Shown: piece after piece, positions 29,158 to 38,747 of the stretch
How positions within the stretch are numbered: the first letter of the stretch is position 1
How the letters are laid out: each line of letters opens with the position of its first letter
IMG/VR virus record: IMGVR_UViG_3300037067_008637
Span: 1-64,000 of that record
Source: a virus
Lineage: Duplodnaviria > Caudoviricetes
Direction: 5' to 3' (one strand)
DNA: 64,000 nucleotides
Made by a program: the position numbers and the translations under genes
The notes under the pieces: model-generated
Seen by the model: only the letters and a program-made list of their open reading frames with translations
Database searches by the model: none
What the model was told of the DNA's origin: nothing

Positions 29158-31869
29158 TTAGTATCTGAACAGTGAAGTTAAAGCAGACGATTCATCTACT
29201 TCTTCCTCAATCAATCCAGTAATAAGCTTTTGTTTTAGATTGCTAAATGCACACCCAAGAAGCCAAGATGATCTAGCAGGTACTTGTAGAATGCTTACAT
29301 ATTCAGGTTCTACAGTATTTCGTGCAGGAAGAAGTCTCCACAATTTATTACCGTGCCACATCATTGATGCGGTGATGACTTCAAAATGAATATTTTTGAT
29401 GTCACCATATTGTCCGAATACTTTGTAGATTCTTCTTACCAAGTCACCAGGTGTAGTTATATCTTCAGGACTATGAAACATCTTTTTGGCAATAGTCATT
29501 CCCGAAATGATATCATCATTGTCTCCAGATTTTCCACCGGATGTAGATGCCGCACCTGAAATATGGAAGGTTCTTAATACTAATTGGGTTGCGCGTTCAC
29601 CAATAGCTTGCGTCGCAATGATACCGATTTGATCTGAGTGTAATATCTTGTAAAGATTTCCGTAACAAGTTTTACAAACCCTGTTATTTTTACAATATAT
29701 TGGACTTCTCAGTTTAACAATTTTGCCAACCATCTCACGATAATTGTTATGAGTTACAAGAATCTTTTGGCCATTCCCTCCAACGATAAACCGCCACATT
29801 AAGGATTTTGCTACATTTGCATCAGCTACAAACAAATCTAATGTATCGGTTGTACCACAGTCGTCTTCTTCTCCTAATTCCATATTGACTGTAGAATAGA
29901 TTAATTGTCTGGTTAGATATCCTGTATCTCCAGTAGACAATGCAGTGTCCAATAGTCCTTTTCTTGAACCCCAACAGCTATTGAAAAACTCAACGGGAGT
30001 TAATCCTGTTGTCAAACTTGATCTGATTAATGTTTCTCTTACATGATTGTCTGCATCCGCTACATATCCTCTAGACAATACCATCTGTCTAGCCTGATCC
30101 CATGTCCCTCTTGCACCGGATTCAATAAAGATAGCAAACGGAAGTTCTTTAAGCCGTCCAACAATTGCCGGATCGCTTTTAAGAGTTTCCATATCTTCCT
30201 CTACATTTCCAGTTAGTTCATCTGCATATCGAATCAATTGTTCATCATACAGATCAAATAAGGACAATGTAAATCCTTCGATAGTCACCATACTAAATCC
30301 TAACGACTTAATCTTATCGAAGGTATCCATAACTTGTTTTGGCGGATAATTCAAACATATATCGTTCATTATAGATCTGAGTTTATTCTTTGTAACAGTT
30401 TCGTTTATTACTGGATATTCTGTCGGTAAACACATATTAAATAAATATCTACCAAACGGAAGAACTGCTCCTTTATATACTCTTGTCTGCTCATCTTCTT
30501 GCTCTTTTGTTGCCGTGTAAATACCAAGAATGATATCTTGATTTGGCTTTGGTACAGCTTCTAAATCCGTAGGAGATAAAAGATTTGCCCATATTCCCAA
30601 ATTCTTTTTGGTATCTGCAATAGCTTCAGGTGTTATCGGAAAATACACAGCCATAGCATCCCCATCAAAGTCTGCATTATATGGAGAACAGATTAGAGGA
30701 TGTATTTGAATTGTATTTCCTAGATGCACTTTAACCTTGAACGCAAGTACGGATAGACGATGAAGAGTCGGTTGACGATTTAATACGCACACTTTGTCTG
30801 CACAAAATTCTTCAACTATATCAAAGAATTTCGGATCGCTATTTTCAATACTCTCATCAATAAGTTTGATCGCTTGATTATAACGTTTGCAAACACGTTT
30901 ATTGATGAAATGCGTGATTAGACATGGTTTAAGAATTTCTAAAACCATCCAATAGGGCAATCGGCATTCATCTAAATTGAGTGTTGGATCTGGAGAAATT
31001 ACTGCTCTTCCTGAAAAGTCAACTCGTTTTCCCAAAATATTGGAACGAATTAAACCCGTCTTTTTGCTCATACTTTCTAAGACGGAATCATACAGTTCTT
31101 GAACCAGCTTCTGTAAATATTTGAAATTGGTTTGATATACTGCATCATTGTCTCTTACAGGAAATGGCAGATTCTTCAGTTCTGTGGAAATCTTAATAAT
31201 CTTTTGATATCGTTTGTTGATATCATCAGATACATAATTGTCGCCGCGAAGTTTTCCACAAGGACGAAACTCTGGAGGAATGACTATGACATTCTGTATG
31301 GTTAATTGATCCCAGTGTTCATCTATGTAAGTCAACTCTGCTCTCGGCAGTATATTGGTATTCTCGTCACTTGCTTTTATCTTATCAATTTCTATCAAGT
31401 AACGAACATATGCGAGTACACCTTCTAGTCCTTCCAAATATTCAATATTCGGATCAGGATTATCAACATCAACCAACTTAGCGAGATTTCCATCTTCATC
31501 AAAGAAATACTTAGCTTTGAATGATAGCATCTCCTGGATGACTTTTCGTATCGTTGCTCTCTTGGATGCAACAAGATACAAAAACAACGGATTTAAAATA
31601 GGAAATGGCAGTTTGATTTTTCCAAACTGGCGCTTTCTCATTTCAGCCGTCGTGATTTTAACGTTGCATACAGGGCATACAGGCTGTTCGTATCTTGGTC
31701 CTTTATAAGGATTTTTTGTACAGGCACAATGATAAGATTTTAGAGGCCCAAACAACTGTTGACTAAATAACCCCTCCTTCGCGAACTTTCGATTTTCAAA
31801 AGGTTTTGCAAATGTTATTTCCGGTAAATCATCACTTACGTTATCGACATTAACAAGATCAATTTTCAC
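29158..31869 (-). CDS. rpoC: Multisubunit RNA polymerase beta' subunit (phage-encoded)
   Basis: N-terminal Zn site (CAC..CPVC), LGKRVDFSGRAVI, NRQPTLHR, catalytic NADFDGD, TGYLTRQL, TQLVLRTFH. Confidence 0.95.
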   Translation of the reverse strand: MKIDLVNVDNVSDDLPEITFAKPFENRKFAKEGLFSQQLFGPLKSYHCACTKNPYKGPRYEQPVCPVCNVKITTAEMRKRQFGKIKLPFPILNPLFLYLVASKRATIRKVIQEMLSFKAKYFFDEDGNLAKLVDVDNPDPNIEYLEGLEGVLAYVRYLIEIDKIKASDENTNILPRAELTYIDEHWDQLTIQNVIVIPPEFRPCGKLRGDNYVSDDINKRYQKIIKISTELKNLPFPVRDNDAVYQTNFKYLQKLVQELYDSVLESMSKKTGLIRSNILGKRVDFSGRAVISPDPTLNLDECRLPYWMVLEILKPCLITHFINKRVCKRYNQAIKLIDESIENSDPKFFDIVEEFCADKVCVLNRQPTLHRLSVLAFKVKVHLGNTIQIHPLICSPYNADFDGDAMAVYFPITPEAIADTKKNLGIWANLLSPTDLEAVPKPNQDIILGIYTATKEQEDEQTRVYKGAVLPFGRYLFNMCLPTEYPVINETVTKNKLRSIMNDICLNYPPKQVMDTFDKIKSLGFSMVTIEGFTLSLFDLYDEQLIRYADELTGNVEEDMETLKSDPAIVGRLKELPFAIFIESGARGTWDQARQMVLSRGYVADADNHVRETLIRSSLTTGLTPVEFFNSCWGSRKGLLDTALSTGDTGYLTRQLIYSTVNMELGEEDDCGTTDTLDLFVADANVAKSLMWRFIVGGNGQKILVTHNNYREMVGKIVKLRSPIYCKNNRVCKTCYGNLYKILHSDQIGIIATQAIGERATQLVLRTFHISGAASTSGGKSGDNDDIISGMTIAKKMFHSPEDITTPGDLVRRIYKVFGQYGDIKNIHFEVITASMMWHGNKLWRLLPARNTVEPEYVSILQVPARSSWLLGCAFSNLKQKLITGLIEEEVDESSALTSLFRY

Positions 31870-31944
31870 TTGGAGTTCCTTTCCTCGATTTTAGAACGGT
31901 GGTTGATCACTGTTTTCACTTTGTCCTGTTGGACATTGGAAGCT

Positions 31945-32589
31945 TCAGCGTTCTACAGCTAAGAAAAGATTTCGTCTTCCAAACATCTCCACCTTTTCTT
32001 TATCAGTCATAAAAACATCACACGCGTTCTTGTATCTTTTATTCATCATGTCTTCAACCTTATATTTTCCGAGAACTAAATATTTTCCGTCTTCTTCTTT
32101 CCGTACTAAAACGATATTAGTTCCGAACTCCCATCGTTTTAAAAGATCCTTAGATAATGCAATAACACCTTCTCTTACAACCATACCAGATGCCGCAATT
32201 GATGTGTATCCATCTTCATCTGCTGTATAGGCACTGGCATCAACTGAAATCAATTCATATTTATCAGGTTCGATATATTCGTTTTTGAATTCTGTTACAC
32301 ACTCCATAGCATCTTTTACTAAGTGATTAACAACGGTAAAGGATTCTTTGTCAATAACAATAAGTCTACTTTGTGTTGCAATAAAGTTTAATAAATCATC
32401 ATGATTTTCCATTTCTTTCTGTACGATTTCTACATGCGATATTTCTATCTGATTACTTATTGCTTGCAAAAACTTTCCAAGTGATGCCATTGAAAATACT
32501 CCAACCCACATGGAAATCAATAATAAGGTAATACCAATAAACACATAGAAATCATATCTATTCAACTCGAATTTTTTACGAGACGACAT
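31945..32589 (-). CDS. Membrane-anchored 3D-domain (MltA-like) cell-wall protein
   Basis: N-terminal TM helix; SAYT..IAASG..GVIALSKDL..VEDMM..CDVFM. Confidence 0.75.
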   Translation of the reverse strand: MSSRKKFELNRYDFYVFIGITLLLISMWVGVFSMASLGKFLQAISNQIEISHVEIVQKEMENHDDLLNFIATQSRLIVIDKESFTVVNHLVKDAMECVTEFKNEYIEPDKYELISVDASAYTADEDGYTSIAASGMVVREGVIALSKDLLKRWEFGTNIVLVRKEEDGKYLVLGKYKVEDMMNKRYKNACDVFMTDKEKVEMFGRRNLFLAVER

Positions 32590-32642
32590 TCAAAACCTCC
32601 GTTATGTCATTCCCAAAATCCAAGTTGCCCGATTGCCAATAC

Positions 32643-33188
32643 TCATTTAGAAGAATCAAGGACGGTGATGTCCGTTTCTACTAAATTGTCGATTGCCGAT
32701 TGGACGAACTTTTGATCATCAGGCAATTCCTTTGTCCAAATTTCCTCATTGATAATATCAATACTTTTACAAAATGTTTGATCATCAAATATATCATGTT
32801 CGTTCATTGCTTGATTTTCATATAGATAAACATCTAATAAACTGGATGATTTCAATACAATAAAGATGTTGAGTTTTCTCTCATTGTATTGGTTGGATAC
32901 AATCATGACTGTATCAAAAAATGTTTTCCGAAGAAATTGTGAAAGACAATCCTCCCGATATCTACTAAAAAAGAAGACACCATCTTTTTCAAGCGGAGCA
33001 AGAATTCCGCATAATGCATCTACATTTTCATGACTCATAATGTCTTCTAAATTGTGAAACTCATTCCACAATTTACCGAACATCGGATGATATTCAGGCG
33101 GAATTTGCTCATATATCTTATTGAAATCATCGACGGCTTCCCACGCAGGTTTAAGCTTGATATAGAATTTGTCTACTAGACAACCCAT
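32643..33188 (-). CDS. Hypothetical protein
   Basis: 181 aa, AAGGAG RBS. Confidence 0.55.
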   Translation of the reverse strand: MGCLVDKFYIKLKPAWEAVDDFNKIYEQIPPEYHPMFGKLWNEFHNLEDIMSHENVDALCGILAPLEKDGVFFFSRYREDCLSQFLRKTFFDTVMIVSNQYNERKLNIFIVLKSSSLLDVYLYENQAMNEHDIFDDQTFCKSIDIINEEIWTKELPDDQKFVQSAIDNLVETDITVLDSSK

Positions 33189-33237
33189 TGTAAATACTCC
33201 TTACTGGTTGTTATTGTCAACAATCGATTTGCCCCAA

Positions 33238-33588
33238 TTAGGACGATATATCATGTTGTTTTTCCCATCTCCAAGCTTCAATTGGGTTTATTGATTTACT
33301 TTCAATGTCTGTTAGTGTTAGATTTAGGAGGGTACCTTTAACTGGATCATCCATATATAGTTTGTGTGCCTTTATTATTTTACCGGCATAATAGCCATTA
33401 ACAAATTCAAACAATTGAAGTATACAGATAATTGCAATCAAATCAAAGAACACATTTAAACCAAAGGAGAATCGAGACATACTACTTACAGTGTCTATGA
33501 TGATTGCATCACCAACAAGCCATGAAGCAAATATGATTATACACTGCTGATAGAAGCATGTTTTATATTTTCTCCTCAGTATTTTCAT
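33238..33588 (-). CDS. Hypothetical membrane protein (two TM segments)
   Basis: 116 aa with two hydrophobic helices. Confidence 0.5.
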   Translation of the reverse strand: MKILRRKYKTCFYQQCIIIFASWLVGDAIIIDTVSSMSRFSFGLNVFFDLIAIICILQLFEFVNGYYAGKIIKAHKLYMDDPVKGTLLNLTLTDIESKSINPIEAWRWEKQHDISS

Positions 33589-33820
33589 TCATGATGCCCT
33601 CCAACAATTTCAATTCAAAATGATTAAGTCCTTGAAGATCATCAATACTGTATTCCGGAAATTTCATTTCTAATTGGACCAAATGATGTCTAGTCCATTC
33701 ATTCATATCGTTTTCATATTGGTTTCTGATCAGTGCATCATCCCTCTCATTCACTTTCTTTCGTATGAAAAATATTGATCCAATGATCAGAACCAAAGCA
33801 ATAACAACAACCAGACTCAT
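33563..33820 (-). CDS. Small membrane-anchored protein
   Basis: N-terminal TM helix; ATGA overlap with the queC stop. Confidence 0.5.
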   Translation of the reverse strand: MSLVVVIALVLIIGSIFFIRKKVNERDDALIRNQYENDMNEWTRHHLVQLEMKFPEYSIDDLQGLNHFELKLLEGIMNENTEEKI

Positions 33821-36813
33821 TTCCCAATCCTTTTTCTCAAGATTTCTTTATTCTTCTCTGGAATTTCAAGTCGGTTTATGATATTGAGAATGTCTAGAGT
33901 TTTAACATCCAAAGAAGGAGGTTCATACGCTACATAATTACTATCATCTACAACATAATATGTCCTTCCATCTTCCAATCCAGCCATTTTACAGGACCAA
34001 TAACTCAGCAAACCACTACCGCATGCAGGCTTTCCATCTTTGGAGCAATTAGCAGGAACAGATACACAACCACATACTTTACCATCGAGATTCTTTAATT
34101 CCTGCTGAATCATCATAGGTCGATCACATGATACTAAGAATTTTTCAAGAGGCTTTAGAAATCCAAGCTGATTGAGAAGATGATATTGTTCTGTCTTTAG
34201 AATGTTACATAAACCATATAGGGGTTTGATGTGTAATCCAGCAATACTAAACTTAAAGAACTTTATTGCTGCATCTACAAACCGTTCGCAATTGTCCGGA
34301 TATGAATTGTGGGTTAACAATTTATTAACAAAGAAATTATTATTTGGTTCACAATAATAATTTATCATTTCCTGTTCACCATTAATAATCTCAATTCTCT
34401 CCAAATTCCATCCGTTTTGAAGGGAATATAAAAAATTAGTCACTCTAGATACAATCAGATTGGGATCATCTGTCTCAAGAATTGCCAAGTGATCCCACCC
34501 CATTTTTTTATATAATTGATGTCTGTTTTCAATTTCTTCTAAGGTGTGAAAATATCCAATTCCTCCATAGTATTCAACAATCTTTTTTTGTTCAATATTT
34601 ATAAAATCCGGATTCATATGTTTCCCGCTACTAGTTATCCAGATTTGTCCATCTCCTACAAATCTAAGAGGAAGAGAATGAGATTCAAATAGTAAAATCA
34701 ATTCTTTCTCTTTTTTATTGGGGCTTTCACATCCACAAATTGATGGATTTATTTTTCCTTCCGCAATCATTTTTAATGTGGCTTGTCTACATTTTTCTCT
34801 TCCTTCTGGAGTTTGATTCCAATGAATACCTCCGTTAGCAATCAGTCTTTCCTTATAAACCTGTTTCATTTTTTCGGAAAGAATTTGTTTTACATTTTCT
34901 CCTTCTTCTGAACTCCAAAAAATAGATAAACCATTTAGAATTCGTCTTCTATATTCTTCGTCCTTCCAACATTTTTTAGATGAGATTTTTCTGTTTTCAG
35001 TATCTCCAGTTTGATGAGTTTTTCCACACCAACACGGAATTGTATTACTACGAATATGTCCAAACATTGGATTTTTATCACCAAGAAACGCTTTCCTTAT
35101 TTTTTCTTTAATTTCAGGAAGCATTTTCTTTCCAGTTCTCCACGAGGACAGTTTTTGTCTGGTTTCGGCAGACACAGAATGTCCCATTCTACATTTAGAT
35201 CTTTTTTCAAAATCATATCCAGGAAACGCATTTCCTCTTTTAATGTTATCTTTCAGTTTACACTCTTTAATAGAATAGCACACATCACCAACAAATAATG
35301 CGTTCGCCTCCACCCAATTCTTTCCTTTTATAAAAAATGGATGAGTACCTGAAACAAAAAGGATTTTTTCACTTTGTATGCATCCAGAATTATATGTGAA
35401 AGTCAATTTGTAAGTGTCTTGGTGATGATTATTAAACTTCTCCTTTATAATGCTTTTTTCCAATAATCCCTTGTCGATATTGAAAGACATTATTTCATCC
35501 CCAACATTTAAATCGTTCGGAAGGACTTCTTTTCCATCATATCTTAAAATCCTGTTGTTAATATGATTTACAATACATCCAGATTCTGTTAATTGAAGAA
35601 ACCCCCCGGTAAGGTAAACGTCGTCGTATTGATTTGTCATTATTAGAGATTCTGCTAAAGCACCCATATGTACAAGCATTAAATGATTACGGAAAGTAGT
35701 CCACGCGGCAGTCGTCTTCAATCCTTCTTCCGTTCCGGTTATGATCTTTGCCTTAGGATCTGTCAGCATTCCAAAATCCAGTTTGGACATTGCGTCGCTA
35801 ATATCAAATTCTCTTAACTCTATTCCAAGAGCCTTAGTAACGTGCCCAATAGCCGCTCTTTCACAATCCTGTCCTCTGTGTCCATATTTAAAGTGAACAG
35901 CAATCGGATTCATTTCTGCTGCCTTCAATGTTGCTAGTGTTGTAGAACTATCCAATCCTCCGGAAGCTGCAACAAGGACACATTCTCTCTTCGGTTTTGT
36001 TTTATCTTTCTTGTACACATCATACGTCGACGTAATGTATCTTGGTTCAAAGCTACTACCAGACACCATTCCACTATCCAAGTCAATACTAGTAATAGAA
36101 TATTCCGGTACTCTATGAGCATAATAATCTTCCCAGAGAGCCATTGTATTCTTTTCTATCTTTTGTCCTTTAAGTAAAGATATGGTTTCCCAAATGGATT
36201 CTTCTGTAGATGCTGCAAAGAATCCCCAACCTCTCAAATACCCGCAGTACAAAGGTGAATGGGTACAAACTAAGTACATGCAATTCTTCTGAGTATCTAC
36301 TAAAACAAATGCGAAGCCACCAGAAAGATAGTTCATAGTATCATTCATGTTTCGTCCGAACATAAGATAAGCGTGGATAATTGCTTCGCTATCAATGTCC
36401 GTTTGATATTCATATTCAAAACCAGATTCTTTTAATTCTTTCTGAATAATGGATGATACTGCACCATTGTGTACTAAATACAACCCATGCTCCCTGTTAC
36501 ATATTGGTTGGACATTTCTCTCTACGTTACTTACACCGCATTCGGTTTCGGGAGCGGCTCTTGCATTGGATAGAATAACATCTCCTTTTTGAAAAACATC
36601 CATAGGATAAGACGGATGCGGCAAATTATGCAATATTGTGGTACATTCAGTTACATCACTTGTTTTGTAGCACACTCCGGGCTGGTGCTGCCCTCTAATA
36701 AGGACAGCACCAAACCCATCGGTACCACGTTTCAATGATTGAAGCCATGCTGATTTGATCACATGTTTAGAAATCGATGCTTCTCTCATGTAAAATGCGG
36801 TAATTCCACACAT
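33817..36813 (-). CDS. queC: Class II glutamine amidotransferase-QueC fusion (Gat-QueC), intein-containing
   Basis: MCGI N-terminus, RGTDG, VHNG, DIDSE (Ntn GATase); SGGLDS PP-loop, YGHRGQ, FRNHLM and YPDN (QueC). Confidence 0.88.
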   Translation of the reverse strand: MCGITAFYMREASISKHVIKSAWLQSLKRGTDGFGAVLIRGQHQPGVCYKTSDVTECTTILHNLPHPSYPMDVFQKGDVILSNARAAPETECGVSNVERNVQPICNREHGLYLVHNGAVSSIIQKELKESGFEYEYQTDIDSEAIIHAYLMFGRNMNDTMNYLSGGFAFVLVDTQKNCMYLVCTHSPLYCGYLRGWGFFAASTEESIWETISLLKGQKIEKNTMALWEDYYAHRVPEYSITSIDLDSGMVSGSSFEPRYITSTYDVYKKDKTKPKRECVLVAASGGLDSSTTLATLKAAEMNPIAVHFKYGHRGQDCERAAIGHVTKALGIELREFDISDAMSKLDFGMLTDPKAKIITGTEEGLKTTAAWTTFRNHLMLVHMGALAESLIMTNQYDDVYLTGGFLQLTESGCIVNHINNRILRYDGKEVLPNDLNVGDEIMSFNIDKGLLEKSIIKEKFNNHHQDTYKLTFTYNSGCIQSEKILFVSGTHPFFIKGKNWVEANALFVGDVCYSIKECKLKDNIKRGNAFPGYDFEKRSKCRMGHSVSAETRQKLSSWRTGKKMLPEIKEKIRKAFLGDKNPMFGHIRSNTIPCWCGKTHQTGDTENRKISSKKCWKDEEYRRRILNGLSIFWSSEEGENVKQILSEKMKQVYKERLIANGGIHWNQTPEGREKCRQATLKMIAEGKINPSICGCESPNKKEKELILLFESHSLPLRFVGDGQIWITSSGKHMNPDFINIEQKKIVEYYGGIGYFHTLEEIENRHQLYKKMGWDHLAILETDDPNLIVSRVTNFLYSLQNGWNLERIEIINGEQEMINYYCEPNNNFFVNKLLTHNSYPDNCERFVDAAIKFFKFSIAGLHIKPLYGLCNILKTEQYHLLNQLGFLKPLEKFLVSCDRPMMIQQELKNLDGKVCGCVSVPANCSKDGKPACGSGLLSYWSCKMAGLEDGRTYYVVDDSNYVAYEPPSLDVKTLDILNIINRLEIPEKNKEILRKRIGK
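34306..35577 (-). mobile_element. Intein (424 aa) with NUMOD3-like repeats and a Vsr/DUF559-like endonuclease
   Basis: Splice junctions ESG|CIVNH...NNFFVNKLLTHN|SYPD; block B SGTHPF; HSVSAETRQKLS/NPMFG repeats; PDFINIEQKKIVEYYG..YFH. Confidence 0.88.
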
Positions 36814-37769
36814 TAATCATCCTCCAGTCTTTCGCCATCCTCAAATTGTCCTAAAGAAATTCCACAATCATCAGATTCAAGTTCACATCCTAATTCTCTT
36901 GCACCAATATTGAAATCAAACTGATCATCATCTTCCTCTTGTACAAACTCTTCTTCTTCCTCATATTCATCATCCGCATCTAATACTCTTCCTGTTTGTC
37001 GCTTACCGTTAAGGTGTTTGAAGATAGATTGTCTTTTAGGAGAACGCTCACGCTCACGCGTATATCCGCCGGATAACTCCATATGAGGATCAATTGAACC
37101 ATTACACTGTCCCATCATAGCATATCGACTAATTAAATCCATTTCCTCTTGAGAATCAACCCATCCGAACTGATTTGAAAATGCATATCTTTCTCCCCAA
37201 GATCCTCGAATGGGCTGCATTGTTCTTTCCGTAATTTTGTTTGATCCTACAATGTCAGTAGTTGAAAGCAATCCTTCATCCGCTGGTGTAAGCTTCAATC
37301 TAGCAAAGAAACCATAATTTCCAACAGGTAAAGTAGCAATTGCCTTTACAATACTTCTATCTGTCCACAACAATGAAAATCTAAAATTAGCATTGATGTA
37401 TCTCTCATCTGTTCCCGAGAAATTAGCGCATCCCGCAGGATGTCTATGCAATACTGTATTAAACTGTAAACCGGGATCTTCTTTGTAATCAATATGTGCT
37501 GTAGAAACTTCTTGCTGCGGAATATAATATTCTTCCTCAATTACAAAAGCTTCTGCATCTGCGTTCCAATTTGTCTTACAAAATATTGAAAACTCCGAAG
37601 TTTTGAATACATCATTTAGTCCATTCATGACTTTTCGGATGAATGATGGAACAACGATTTTTAGTTCGTGCTTAATTACCAACGAGTTGGTAATGATTGT
37701 GTCCTTTCCATCTTTGGTTACTGTTGCCTTACCGCCTTTGATTTCTTCTCCAGTATCTAGATCTTGCAT
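36813..37769 (-). CDS. JAB/MPN+ metallo-isopeptidase (prokaryotic JAB)
   Basis: SEF...IPQQEVS...LHRHP..CANFSGTD matches the E-HxH-S-xx-D JAB motif; long acidic tail. Confidence 0.85.
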   Translation of the reverse strand: MQDLDTGEEIKGGKATVTKDGKDTIITNSLVIKHELKIVVPSFIRKVMNGLNDVFKTSEFSIFCKTNWNADAEAFVIEEEYYIPQQEVSTAHIDYKEDPGLQFNTVLHRHPAGCANFSGTDERYINANFRFSLLWTDRSIVKAIATLPVGNYGFFARLKLTPADEGLLSTTDIVGSNKITERTMQPIRGSWGERYAFSNQFGWVDSQEEMDLISRYAMMGQCNGSIDPHMELSGGYTRERERSPKRQSIFKHLNGKRQTGRVLDADDEYEEEEEFVQEEDDDQFDFNIGARELGCELESDDCGISLGQFEDGERLEDD

Positions 37770-38713
37770 CAGTCTAACTCCACATTTTCGTTGGTATTTG
37801 CCACTGGTAAATGTTTTTCAACTATGTTCAAAAAGTCTTGTTTTAGTATATCATCTGTGATTGTCTTTGCGCATTTATCTCCATCGTTTGTCATACGATC
37901 CAAAATGACACCTTTAAAGATGTATTCAAGAATATCCTCAACATTAAAGGTAAGAGGATTATCAAGTATCCAACGATATTTACTTGGTTCAGATTGATAT
38001 CTTTTTATATTGATTGCTCCAACTAATACAAGAAGAGCAGCCATTGATGCGGGAATGATATGAGACGGAGTAATTGTGTATCCCCCTCTCCCCATTACAG
38101 GATGATCCATTGGATTGAAATCAATCGTGATGCTTGAGCCATTGTATGCAGCACGAATTATATAGATTTCTTTTTTGAATATTTTGTCAAGAAGATCATA
38201 ATCATTGTAAAAATTATCTCGACAATCAATTACCAAAACATCCTCGTTTGGGAGAAATGGATGGTGAACAGTGTGATACGTTTCACTTCCAATACCAAAT
38301 CTCTCAGCAAACCTTGCATCAAAATACTGATTTAAAGGAACAACTGTGAGTAAAGGATTTGACGTACAAAGCATACTTGTTAATGCAGATACTTTCAAAT
38401 TTCCCACAGTTGAAATATCAAATGGCGTTCTATTGAGATTGGATATTTCAATCACATCTGGATCAACCAATATCAAATACTTCACTGCCTGTATACCAGC
38501 TATAAATGTTGCAACCCATGCACCAATTCCTCCGCATCCTAATATCATTACCTGCTCACACATTCTATTGGTACAACTAGATAGAACTGTTTGCACGTCA
38601 TTGGCATCATCCGCATGATTTCTAGAAAACATTTCGTCAGATATAGTACCTGCATTTTCATACGTATATGAATCCAATGACAATGTAATAAGACTGTTAT
38701 TGTTCGCGTCCAT
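37769..38713 (-). CDS. E1/ThiF-family adenylating enzyme
   Basis: ILGCGGIG, VDPDVIEISNLNR, GNLKV, VIDCRDN. Confidence 0.9.
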   Translation of the reverse strand: MDANNNSLITLSLDSYTYENAGTISDEMFSRNHADDANDVQTVLSSCTNRMCEQVMILGCGGIGAWVATFIAGIQAVKYLILVDPDVIEISNLNRTPFDISTVGNLKVSALTSMLCTSNPLLTVVPLNQYFDARFAERFGIGSETYHTVHHPFLPNEDVLVIDCRDNFYNDYDLLDKIFKKEIYIIRAAYNGSSITIDFNPMDHPVMGRGGYTITPSHIIPASMAALLVLVGAINIKRYQSEPSKYRWILDNPLTFNVEDILEYIFKGVILDRMTNDGDKCAKTITDDILKQDFLNIVEKHLPVANTNENVELD

Positions 38714-38747
38714 GTTTCAACCCTTCTTTGTGATCTACTGGAATTTT

